Shown here piece after piece: positions 36,920 to 49,639 of a DNA stretch of 64,000 nucleotides. Each line of letters starts with the position of its first letter. The first letter of the stretch is position 1. The stretch is taken from contig NW_025766981.1 of assembly GCF_003918875.1 (NCBI RefSeq), forward strand, positions 558,001-622,000. Reading direction: 5' to 3'. The notes under the pieces are model-generated. The model was not told where the DNA came from, did not search any database, and saw nothing but the letters and a program-made list of their open reading frames with translations. Both the position numbers and the translations under genes were made by a program. Source of the DNA: Haliotis rubra. Its lineage: Eukaryota.

Positions 36920-37326
36920 CCTGAATACAGCCTATGGTCTAAATACTACATACGGAAGGGAATAGAATCAAACAGGAAATATGTCATTAAACTCAATAAA
37001 GCTGTTTTCCTCCATCTGATAATAGGGTCATTAAACGTTATTGACTCAGTGTATTATCATGTCGCATTTAAAAGATAAAGGCGTTGCCGATTCAAACGCG
37101 ATCATAATTAAACCGCGAGTGTTTTCCTACAGGAGGTCATAGGCTATTTTTATCACAAAGTTTCACTGTTTCGTCTCGCTTTGTAAATGGGTTATCAGCC
37201 ACGGCAGTACGAGGCAGAATCTTGTTCAGGTTAAATTATACAGGAATGCCCATGTGATGTCAGATCATGTGACGACATTTGTGGAGATATCGCCAGTAGT
37301 GGAGTGAACACTGCACAACATACAAC

Positions 37327-40300
37327 ATGGAAACAGAACCGCTCCTGCAAAAGGTGGAGGAGTCCCCGGAATCTGGAGTCAAGAAATCTCAAATCAAGAA
37401 TCTCCTCTTTGGAAACATGATATTGTTCATATTAACACTTGCGGTGTCGATGTTTTCGCCAGCGATGAGCCAGTATCTCTACAAACGGGTGACAGAGGAC
37501 GTCTTTCGCAATCAAACTCTGGCAGGGAAAGGTCCAATGAATCAAACATGTTACCTGAACACGTCAAACCCAGACTACATCCTTCAGGAGAAGGCACAGC
37601 AGATCGCCGCAGACAAACAAATGCAGTTCACACTTATGAAAAGTAGTCTAGCCATCGTCAGTAACATCATGCTTGGTTCCTACTCGGACTCTGTTGGTCG
37701 CAAGCTCCTCTATGTCATACCACTCACTGGTCACTGCTTGAGATTTGGATTTACAGCAGTCATTATCTACTGGAACTTGGATATCAACTGGTTTTTTCTT
37801 CCAGAAGGTTTAGATGGGATATCGGGGAGCTATTTCGCTTTGCTGCTTGCATCGTATGCTTATGCTGCTGACAATACCCCAGCAACAGGTGCACGAACCA
37901 TGGGCATAGCCTTTGTGGAGTTCTTTGAGAGCATAGGGTCTGCTGCCTCAGCAACAGCAACAGGCTACTTCATCCAAGACGTGAACTTCTTCTACCCGAC
38001 ACTCACTGCCACGCTGATCGTTCTCGTGGACATTCTCCTAGTGGTGACTCTGCTGCCAGAGAGAAATGGGATTAAAAAGGCAAAGAGCAAATGGATTACA
38101 CCTCTAGAAGGATGTCGACGAGTGTTCGGATTTTATGTTTTGGAGGGCACTAAGCGAAAGAGAGTGTGTTTCGTATTAGCTATCTTGATATTCGTTTTCA
38201 CGGCGTTACCAGGCGTAGGGGCGTCTAATATTGACACACTTTTCAAACTGAACCTTCCATTTTGCTGGACACCAGAGAAAATAGGTTACTACAGTACAAT
38301 CAGCTCTGTAGCAAAACAGGTGATCGGTGTTCCGTTGACGCGACTGTTACAGTGTTGCTGTATTGATGAGGTGATCGGAGTGATTGGTTCAGTGGCGATA
38401 GGCTTAGCAGACAGTCTTCAGTCCATTGTAAGCAAAGACTGGATGATGTATGGACGTAAGTACACTGCGTAATATGACTGATCATTTCATTTTTCCTTAG
38501 GACCTATGATTTTGTCTGAATATAATCTGGTTTCACTTTTGGTACACTTACGTATTATTGTTTTCAGGCATATAACCTGCAAATGTTCATCTGTCTCTGC
38601 TTTTACCAGGTCATGTTCCATTATTGTTGAAAATAGTCATTGTAGATCATAATTGTCATTCAAAAGTAAAATAAGAACTGAACATTGACACAACAAAGAG
38701 CTAAAAACAAGATTTTAAAAAGTCTTAATGTATTTTTAATGTGTTTTACGACTTCGTTAGTATATCAATGTTCTTTCAGTTGCGGGCATCAATGTTCCTG
38801 CTGCCACGCTGTTCCCAGTAGTTCGCTCCACATTGTCCAAGCTGGCTCCGGCTAACAAACAAGGTCAGAATGCATAGGAGAACTGCACGTATCATGTATT
38901 ATGCAAATGAAGCTCCTTCACTCAGTCCAGGAAATAACAGTTACCCACTGTCAAGAATACGTAGCCATTGCCTCTATCAAGAATAAGGAAGAAGACATAT
39001 ATTGTAGGAGCACAGTAAGCCCGCATACTTGGAGAATGTACTAACAGTATCCTGTAACAATTCAAATGAAGTAGCAGCTACTCCTTCACCCAGTCCAGGA
39101 AATAACAGCTAGCTGTCAAGAATAGGGAACCATTGCCTCTGTCAAAAATAGGTAAGAAGACATATATTTTAGGTGCACAGTAAGCCCGCATACTTGGAGA
39201 ATGTACTGAAAATATCATGTATCAGTTCCTTCAATCAGACCAGGAAATAACCATCCTCGGTCAAGAATAAGTAAGCCCCTACCTCTGTCAGGAATTATTA
39301 AGAAGACATTTTATGTTTACTGTGAGAAAGCATACCTGTTCTGTTATTCATATATGAAACGTATATGCTCATCGTATAATCAACCCGTGTAGACTCGGAT
39401 GGGATAAGTTTCCTACCACTTGTTTGCTTATTTTGGATCACCTTTTCTCAGGAAGTTAATCTTTGCCACTCTGGTGCACTCTGACTACAGTGTAAGGGAA
39501 CGTAGTTCTGTTTAAATTCGCAGTTCTTTACGTAGGTGTACTATTGTTGCAGGTTCCCTGTTTGCCAGTATAGCGGTGGTGGAGACCATGTGCTCTCTGG
39601 TGGGGACTCCTATCTTCAGCAACATCTATCAGGCCACAGTGGTGGTTTGGAGAGGTATGGTGTTCATCGTCTTGGGAAGCACACATATCGTCGCTGCTAT
39701 TATTCTTGTGTGAGTATTTAATGCACGTCTTTCTCATTACTCTAAATCCACAACCGTTTTGATTTAAAATATATTTCTTATTCGGATGGTCAGCTGATGA
39801 TTGATGTAGAAGATTTTAAGGAAATTACAGTATTTCAACCTGTGGAAATTCGTGTTAAGAATTCATCCCCATGAATCTGTGCTGGTTGAAAGAGGCGTCT
39901 GAAATGGATTTTCAGGCTTGTCAGGCTCGTTTACTTGCTTCATTTTGCGTCATCGATGCCCCAAGCTTGTGGTTAGGTACTCACAACATCAATCGCTTGA
40001 TTGTCTGATCAAGATTTACAGGCTGCCTTGGAATATAGTACAACATGTGCTAATTGTTTGCACATGGCAATAGTTTCTGGCTTCTATTGCTGGTAGGTAA
40101 TTCATCACATAGCTTTCAAGCTGTATGACCCGTGAAGATCATGATTAGAATTGATCTTCAGTAACCCATGCTTGTCGTAAGAGGCAACTAATGGGATCGG
40201 GTAGTCAGGCTCGCTGATTTGGTTGACACATATCAAGGTATCCCAATTGCATAGAACGATGCTCATGCTGTTGATCACTGGATTGTCTGGTCAAGACTCA

Positions 40301-40758
40301 ATTATTTACAGACAGCCGCCATATAGCGGGAATAATGCTGAGTGCGGCGTAAAACTAAACTCACTCACTCCAGCTGTGTGTGTTCTTTACCATATCATAT
40401 TTTCTGTGAAAATATTATCAACTATATGTTCCATTTGGGTAATCCTAAAAAGGATGTAATTGTCACGCCGAGTCTTTGTTTCAGGATCTATATATTCGTG
40501 TCCAAACCGATCAGACAGAAGCAAGATGTTCTGGAGGTTCAGCGCGATGTTCACAAGGATGAGGCTGTGGTTCCACATGCTCAGTGCGTGGTTACAAAAG
40601 GAACTCAGACTGACATAACCATTGATCCAGACAAGCACGTGCATGCACAGTCGGCGGCAGGCCTAGAGGTAACAGAGGTCACCCGAGCCAGCATACACGT
40701 GCATGTTCAGTCAGAGTTTGTCGAAGAGGATGGACGTTATGTGAAAACAGACGGGTAG
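37327..40758 (+). CDS. SLC46-family MFS transporter, paralog 4 (~547 aa); exons 37327-38455, 38780-38863, 39553-39709, 40485-40758
   Basis: Very similar to paralogs 3 and 5; canonical junctions; 1644 nt in frame. Confidence 0.92.
38900..39335. repeat. Same minisatellite, ~3 copies, gene 4 intron 2
   Basis: Same unit as 26195-27240. Confidence 0.85.
40128..40370 (+). mobile_element. Family B SINE in gene 4 intron 3
   Basis: Full-length consensus match. Confidence 0.88.
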
Positions 40759-41066
40759 TTGACTTACACGACGGCAAAACCCACGGCCTGCTCACGTCAA
40801 GATTGGAAATTTTCCTCTTGGACCATTGTCCTTCAAGGACAGACTATATGTATACCCCAAAGTGCTTTCAAAACATGTAAATATATAATGTATATATGGA
40901 GATGGGTTTTAAAGTCTCTCAGGGTCCGGCGAACATATTAATTATCACCCTACATGGGTATTCATTCCCAAGAAGGATAGTCCACAGTATTCAGTTCTTG
41001 TGGACGGGGCCAGAACACTGACGTAAGCGAAACGAAATCAAGCTAACCCCGGAGGAATTCTAATTA

Positions 41067-41131
41067 TACACGTGCATTTTCAGTCAGAGTTTGGCGAAGA
41101 GGATGGACACTATGTGAAAACAGACGGGTAG
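41067..41131 (+). other. Duplicated 3' end of exon 4 followed by gene-3-type 3' flank
   Basis: atacacgtgcattttcagtcagagtttggcgaagaggatggacactatgtgaaaacagacgggtag repeats ~40694-40758; the downstream sequence matches 28751 onward. Confidence 0.88.
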
Positions 41132-43124
41132 TTGACTTACACGACAGAATAGAAGATTCCATGACATCAACAAATCTCCTGACTGCGACAAGAGTGGACA
41201 TGTTCCCATTTTGCCATTGCGTTTCAAGACAGGCTATATACCATTAAGTGCTTTCATTACATGTTTTGTTTTGAACAATGTACAGGAACAATTATCAATC
41301 GCGTTTTTAAAGTTACACTCGCAATGCAATGGATCATATGTTTGTGTTTCAATAAAGGACCAATTATAAATGCACGAGACATTAAATTATTAACTCAGCT
41401 ACGCGCCAACAGACCCTCTATGTATTACTGTTAGTATATTACACAATGCTGCTTACAAGTTGTTATAATTTTCTTGTAATTATATTTATTGAAATTGCAA
41501 CAGATGTTTAGACTTATCATACTGATGATCGCTTTCACAGTAATGTGTGATTATGTCATTTCATATTGGCAGAAAGAACGGTAACCTCCCAAAACCCCTA
41601 CATCCCATAACCCCTACAGCTTATAACAACAAAGTTCATGGTCCAGTGCACTGCTAATCTCCTGGCTGTTACCTATTTCATACAATGGACCAGGGCAAAC
41701 ACTTAGCATTTAAGAACATGATTTCAAGGAGCATTAACCAAACTAAAACCGGTTTTAATTGATGATAATTTAAAAAATTTAACAAAAGTTCAATAATATG
41801 GAACTTGAGGTTTAATTAACTTCATTGAATATCATAATGTCATAACATATTAAAAAGAATTATGTATATTTTTCTACATATTATCTGTCAACATCAAGCA
41901 AATTGGTTTTGCCATGTTCCAGCCTCACGACCTCCATTTTGTTTGACTTTTTACCTTGGTACGTCCAAACAACGCAAAATCTGCAATAAATGCATAACAA
42001 ACTTCAGGAAACAAAATATGCATGTTTTGGATAGTCCGCTAGAATCAAATTTGGATATTAAAGTGCATAAAAAAGCAATTTGAAACTACCTGCATGTACA
42101 CACTCTATTTTTCACATTTAGTTCAAATCAACTATGCAATATGAATTTCCTTTGGTATAATATAGCATTTTCCTACTTTATATCTCAAATTTGAAATTAA
42201 CTAAATACACCCTTGCTCCCAAGACTGTGTGTTAACTGTCCTTGTCGCTTAGAACATACTTTGGGCACATTACTAGTTTTAATTAGGTTAGCTTAAATTG
42301 TCTACCTACATGTACTTTACTTTCATTTTATGTTAATGAAAGAGACAGACATGCTTTTGTAACATCGATCTTAATGGAATTTATTTTGATATTTACCAAG
42401 CTGTTTATAATGAATCTGATTGTTAAAAGTGATTATCAAACCACATATGTTCCATAATTTCCTGATCAGTTTATTTATACCACATCTTTCACATCAGATA
42501 TTTCATGCTTACTGTTGAATTTTGTCCCAGTATTTAATACTTTGAAAATCCAAAATGCGTAATCGACATGACAATACATTATTGTATTTTTTATTAACTA
42601 GACAAACAGCTCTATCTTGTGGCCAGACATTTCTTTAGATAAGTAAAGGTTGTCTAAATCAGTTCGAATGATTGATGCTGTTCCATCATATTACGGCAAA
42701 TTGTCAGCCACAAAAAGGAAGAGATATACAGAGAGAGGGACACCTTGCCTGCATCCTCTTTCATTATGAATGGATATGGATAAATACCAGGATCCAAACA
42801 CACGTGAATTTTAGTAACGTATCAAATATAGATCAACTCCCAGGAGATTTCTGGACAGATCGCGTTTGTAGCACAGCTTGATAGGTTAACATGTAACATA
42901 GCGTAACGTGGCTATGTGCCTGTCATCGTGTTCAGGTGGTTTGGTTTTCGGCTCGTGGTATGCGCATCTGTTCTGCCCGGCCCAGATGATGCACACATCG
43001 GTGTGTTATTGCGGACTAGAATTGGCAAAACATGTTATTACCTTCTGTCTCACTATAACTATATATCTTCATAATAGTCCATGTTATGCATCTGGAACAG
43101 TTTCGGGCTTAACATATATGAAAT

Positions 43125-43256
43125 GACCCGGGTTCGAATCCCCGCATGGTTACAACGTGTGAAGCCCATCTCTGGTGTCCCCCGCCGTGATGTTGCTGGA
43201 ATATTGCTAAAAGCGGCGTAAAACCATACTCAGTCAGTAAGTCAGTCAGTCAGTCA
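43125..43256 (+). mobile_element. 5'-deleted family A SINE, paralogous to the 32728 copy
   Basis: Same right flank (gttaacacgccta) and diagnostic bases. Confidence 0.85.
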
Positions 43257-44309
43257 GTTAACACGCCTAAAGTAGAAATAATACTTACAGATCGTAAAAC
43301 AGCTAGTTATTGTTTATTACTTAAGATCTAGACTCAAACAACCCCTTTGCACAACATCCGTTACATCCTTACAACCTAACCAGATATCCTTGTGACATGT
43401 ACACAATATTCGATTACTTACCTTTACTTACCAGCTACTCAGCAGCATTAAAACTCCTTACTACTGACAGAGTTTATATTCGTCATCTCTTGCGGAAACT
43501 AGAGTTATCCCCCTTCGACTATGTCGGTCACTGACACTGGGTTGCTGTAAATATTTGTCCGATATGCCAAGCGTTTTCAATCACGATATCGAGGAACACT
43601 TTTGTCCGACTGGCAATAACAGGATTACATTAACACTATGACGCCAGGTGATGAAATGCAACACAAACGCATCCAAGCGGTCACTGTCCAGTGTGTTGAT
43701 TACAACAGTGTGCATTAAATATGGTGGAAATAGCAATTCACTGTTTGGAAATACTGAAATATTGTTCAAATTGGCCATGGTGCCATGAACATTCGATCAC
43801 TTACCTGTACTTACCAGTTACTCAGCAGTATTACGACTGACAGAGTTTACATTAGTCATCGCTTCCGGAAACTAGAGTTATCCCCCTTAGACTATGTCCC
43901 TCACTGACATGGTGTATTTGTCCGACATGCCAAGCTGTTTACTCACGATTCCGAGAAACACTTTTCTTCGTTTTGTGTGACAAATTATCCGACAGATTAT
44001 AAGCCATGTGGTGATGAGGTTGAGTCATGGTTAATGCAAGATACACAAATTGTTAACAGTAAATGTCATGTATTTTCATTTTTATATTTCATTTTGTTGT
44101 TATGTTTGCATGTTGCGATCTGTCGGATCCGTAGGCCAGAGAATCAGAATGTTTAAGATATGGGACATATCTCGGGACCAGAAAACCGACGTAAACGAAA
44201 TCTAACCCTTGAGGAAAACTTAATGTAAACTGCCATTGCAACTGAACACCATTCTTCTTGGTACTACGTTCAGTCTCATTCCAAGATCTTTCCTTCTGTG
44301 ATTTGTTTT

Positions 44310-44490
44310 GTTTATTTGCATGTTATTTTACGCCCCGCCCAACAATTTTCCAGCTACATGACGGCAATCTGTGAATTATCGAGTCTGGACCAGACAGTTC
44401 GGTGATTGATATCATGAGTATCGATCAGGAGGATTATGATGACCTGCATCAACACGGTCAGTGAGTCTGATCGTGACCGCCCCATTCAAA
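44310..44490 (-). mobile_element. Family B SINE, degenerate
   Basis: gagtctggaccagacag..gtgattgatatcatgagtatcgatc. Confidence 0.7.
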
Positions 44491-45602
44491 TGACACGATA
44501 TCCAAGTGACATGCACACAACAAACGATCACGTACCTTTACTTAGTAATACTTACCATTTGGGACGATTTCGGGGAACGCTTTTGTTTGTTTTGTTCGAC
44601 AATAACAGGATTGAATTAACACTACGACGCCAGGTGATGAAATGCAACACAAACGCATGCAAGCGGTCACTGTCCAGTGTGTTGATTACAGGAGTGAGTA
44701 TTGAAATTGTTGGAAATAGCAATTCACTGTTAGGAAATACTGAAATACTGTTGGTGTTAAAACAAACTCACTCGAATGGTGGCAATTACACGTTAACGAA
44801 GCATGCATTCATCATTACATATCTTAAGAGTTGCCCTGGTTGTGTTTCTTGGTTTCTTATCAGTCCTCGTGGGTTACAGCAATTTTGGATAAAGCCGCGT
44901 GCCGCGTTAGACAACAATGAATCTATCTATCTACAACAGTTTGGTGAAGATTAACACCCGCATCACATTGTGCCGTTTTACAACAAGCTGACGCTGTGTG
45001 ATAAACCTCATACAAAAGTCCAAATAGACGCAACCCTCACTCAGGTCAATATTTAGGAGAACAACTTTAGTGACGTCAGTGACACATATCACCTTCAAGA
45101 TAGTGATAACGTCACACAGCCATCTAGATTCCGGACAAACGACCAAAGCACTTGACAGACTCCTCAAATTAACGTGAGATTTTGATCCCATTTGACCTGG
45201 ATACAGCCTATGGTCTAAATACTACATATGGAAGGGAATAGAATCAAACAGGAAATATGTCATTAAACTCAATAAAGCTGTTTTCCTCCATCTGATAATA
45301 GGGTCATTAAACGTTATTGACTCAGTGTATTATCATGTCGCATTTAAAAGATAAAGGCGTTGCCGATTCAAACGCGATCATAATTAAACCGCGAGTGTTT
45401 TCCTACAGGAGGTCATAGGCTATTTTTATCACAAAGTTTCACTGTTTCGTCTCGCTTTGTAAATGGGTTATCAGCCACGGCAGTACGAGGCAGAATCTTG
45501 TTCAGGTTAAATTATACAGGAATGCCCATGTGATGTCAGATCATGTGACGACATTTGTGGGGATATCGCCAGTAGTGGAGTGAACACTGCACAACATACA
45601 AC

Positions 45603-48600
45603 ATGGAAACAGAACCGCTCCTGCAAAAGGTGGAGGAGTCCCCGGAATCTGGAGTCAAGAAATCTCAAATCAAGAATCTCCTCTTTGGAAATATGATATT
45701 GTTCATATCAACACTTGCGGTGTCGATGTTTTCGCCAGTGATGAGCCAGTATCTCTACAAACGGGTGACAGAGGACGTGTTTCGCAATCAAACTCTGGCA
45801 GGGAAAGGTCCAATGAATCAAACATGTTACCTGAACACGTCAAACCCAGACTACATCCTTCAGGAGAAGGCACAGCAGATCGCCGCAGACAAACAAATGC
45901 AGTTCACACTTATGAAAAGTAGTCTAGCCATCGTCAGTAACATCATGCTTGGTTCCTACTCGGACTCTGTTGGTCGCAAGCTCATCTATGCCATACCACT
46001 CACTGGTCACTGTTTGAGATTTGGATTTACAGCAGTCATTATCTACTGGCACTTGGATATCAACTGGTTTTTTCTTCCAGAAGGTTTAGATGGAATATCG
46101 GGGAGCTATTTCGCTTTACTGCTTGCATCGTATGCCTATACTGCTGACAATACCCCAGCAACAGGTGCTCGAACCATGGGCATAGCCTTCGTGGAGTTCT
46201 TTCAGAACATAGGAAATGCTGCCTCAGCAACAGCAACAGGCTACTTCATCCAAGACGTGAACTTCTTCTACCCGACACTCACTGCCACGCTGATTGCTCT
46301 CGTGGACATTCTCCTAGTGGTGACACTATTGCCAGAGAGAAAGGGGATTATTAAGGCAAAGAGCAATTGGATTACACCTCTAGAAGGATGTCGACGAGTG
46401 TTCGGATTTTATGTTTTAGAGGGCACTAAGCGAAAGAGATTGTGTTTCGTATTAGCTATCTTGATATTCGTTTTCACGGCGTTACCAGGCGTAGGGGCGT
46501 CTAATATTGACACACTTTTCAAACTAAACCTTCCATTTTGCTGGACACCAGAGAAAATAGGTTACTACAGTACAATCAGCTCTGTAGCACAACAGGTGAT
46601 CGGGGTTCCGTTGACGCGACTGTTACAGTGTTGCTGTATTGATGAGGTGATCGGAGTGATTGGTTCAGTGGCGATAGGCTTAGCAGACAGTCTTCAGTCC
46701 ATTGTAAGCAAAGACTGGATGATGTATGGGCGTAAGTACATCGCAAAATATTGTCATTTCATGTTTCCCAGGGACCTGTGATTTTGTCTGAATATAATCC
46801 GGTTTTACTTTCAGTACAATTAATGAATTATTGTTTTCAGGCATATAACCTGCAAATGTTCATCTATCTCTGCTCATACCAGGTCATGTTCCATTATTGT
46901 TGAAAATAGTCATTGCAGATCATAATTGTCATTCAAAAGTGAAATAAGAATTTAACATTTGACACAACAAACTGCTAAAAACAAGTTTTAAAAAGTTTTA
47001 ATTTATTTTTCATGTTGCGTGTGATTTTACGATCTCGTTAGTATATCAATGTTCTTTCAGTTGCGGGCATCAAGACTCCTGCTGCCACGCTGTTCCCAGT
47101 AGTTCGCTCCACATTGTCCAAGTTGGCTCCGGCTAACAAACAAGGTCAGAATGCATAGAAGGAGAACTGCACGTATCATGTATTATGTCAAATGAAGCTC
47201 CTTCACTCAGTCCAGGAAAAACCGTTGCCTTTGTCAAGAAAAAGTAGCCATTGCCTCTGTCAACAATAGGTCAGAAGACATACATTGTAGGTGCACTGTA
47301 AGCCTGCATACTTGGAGAATGTACTGAAAATATCATGTATGGTGAATTATGTCAAATGAAGCTCCTTCACTCAGTCCAGGAAATAACCGTTACCCCTAGT
47401 CAAGAATAAGTAGCCATTGCCTCTGTCAAGAATAAGTCAGAAGACATATGTTGTAGGTGCACAGTAAGCCCCCATACTTGGAGAATGTACTGAAAATATC
47501 ATGTAGCATGTCAAATGAAGTAGCAGCTGCTCCTTCACTCAGTCCAGGAAATAACAGTTACCTGTCAAGAATAATTAGCTATTGCCTCTGTCAAGAATAG
47601 GTCAGGAGACATGCATTATAGGTGCACAGTAAGCAAACATATATGAAGAATGTACTGAAAATATCATGTATCATGTCAAATGAAGCTCCTTCAATCAGTC
47701 CAACAAATAACCATTGCCTCGGTCAAGAATAAGTAACCGCTACCTCTGTCAGGAATTATTAAGAAGACATTTTATGTTTACTGTAAGCAAGCATACATGT
47801 TCTGTTGTTCATATTTGAAACGTATATCCTCATCGTATAATCAACCCGTGTAGACTCGGATGGGATAAGTTTCCTACCACTTGTTTGCTTATATTGGATC
47901 ACCTTTTCTCAGGAAGTTAATGTTTTGCCTTAACATTCCAGCCTATTTTCAGGCCACTCTGGTGCACTCTGACTACAGTGTAAGGGAACGTAGTTCTGTT
48001 TAAATTCGCAGTTCTTTACGTAGGTGTACTATTGTTGCAGGTTCCCTGTTTGCCAGTATAGCGGTGGTGGAGACCATGTGCTCTCTGGTGGGGACTCCTA
48101 TCTTCAGCAACATCTACCAGGCAACGGTGGTGGTTTGGAGAGGTATGGTGTTCATCGTCTTGGGAGGCACACATATCGTCGCTGCTATTATTCTTGTGTG
48201 AGTATTTAATGCACGTCTTTCTCATTACTCTAAATCCACAACCGTTTTGATACAAAATATATTTCTTATTCGGATGGTCAGCTGATGATTGATGTAGAAG
48301 ATTTTAAGCAAATTACAGTATTTCAACCTGTGGAAATTCGTGTTAAGAATTCATCCCCAGGAATCTGTGCTGGTTGAAAGAGGCGTCTAAAATGGATTAT
48401 CAGGCTTGTCAGGCTCGTTTACTTGCTTCATTTTGCGTCATCGATGCCCCAAGGTTGTGGTTAGGTACTCACAACATCAATCACTTGATTGTCTGATCAA
48501 GATTTACAGGCTGCCTTGGAATATAGTACAACATGTGCTAATTGTTTGCACATGGCAATAGTTTCTGGCTTCTATTGCTGGTAGGTATTTCATCACATAG

Positions 48601-49246
48601 CTCTCAAGCTGTATGACCCGTGAAGATCCGGGTTAGAATTGATCTCCAGTAACCCATGCTTGTCGTAAGAGGCGACTAATGGGATCGGGTGGTCAGGCCC
48701 GCTGATTTGGTTGACACATATCAAGGTATCCCAATTGCATAGATCGATGCTCATGCTGTTGATCACTGGATTGTCTGGTCCAGACTCAATTATTTACAGG
48801 CAGCCGCCATATAGCTAGAATAATGCTGAGTGCGGCGTAAAACTAAACTCACTCACTCCAGCTGTGTGTGTTCTTTACCTTATCATACTTTCTGTGAAAA
48901 TATTATCAACTATATGTTCCATGTGGGTAATCCTAAAAAGGATGTAATTGTCACGCCGAGTCTTTGTTTCAGGATCTATATATTCGTGTCCAAACCGATC
49001 AGACAGAAGCGAGATGTTCTGGAGGTTCAGCGCGATGTTCACAAGGATGAGGCTGTGGTTCCACATGCTCAGTGCGTGGTTACAAAAGGGACTCAGACTG
49101 ACATAACCATTGATCCAGACAAGCACGTGCATGCACAGTCGGCGGCAGGCCTGGAGGTGACAGAGGTCACCCGAGCCAGCATACACGTGCATGTTCAGTC
49201 AGAGTTTGGCGAAGAGGATGGACGCTATGTGAAAACAGACGGGTAG
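45603..49246 (+). CDS. SLC46-family MFS transporter, paralog 5 (~547 aa); exons 45603-46731, 47061-47144, 48041-48197, 48973-49246
   Basis: Very similar to paralog 4; canonical junctions; 1644 nt in frame. Confidence 0.92.
47185..47795. repeat. Same minisatellite, ~4 copies, gene 5 intron 2
   Basis: Same unit as 26195-27240. Confidence 0.88.
48616..48858 (+). mobile_element. Family B SINE in gene 5 intron 3
   Basis: Full-length consensus match. Confidence 0.9.
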
Positions 49247-49639
49247 TTGACTTACACGATGGCAAAACCCACGGCCTGCCCACGTCAAGATTGGAAATTT
49301 TCCTCTTGGACCATTGTCCTTCAAGGACAGACTATATGTATACCCCAAAGTGCTTTCAAAACATGTAAATATAATGTATATATGGAGATGTGTTTAAAGT
49401 CCCTCAGGGTCTGGCGAATATATTAATTGCGACCGTACAAGGATAATCATTCCCAAGAAGGATAGTCCCCAGTATTCATTCCTTGTGGACGGGACCAGAA
49501 CACTGACGTAAACGAAACGAAATCTAACCCCTGAAGAAATCTAAATTGCCGTTGCAACTGAACTGATTTGAACTGAACATCATTCTTCTACGCATTACGT
49601 TCAGTCTCATTCGAAAATCTTTCCTTGTACGATTTTGTT

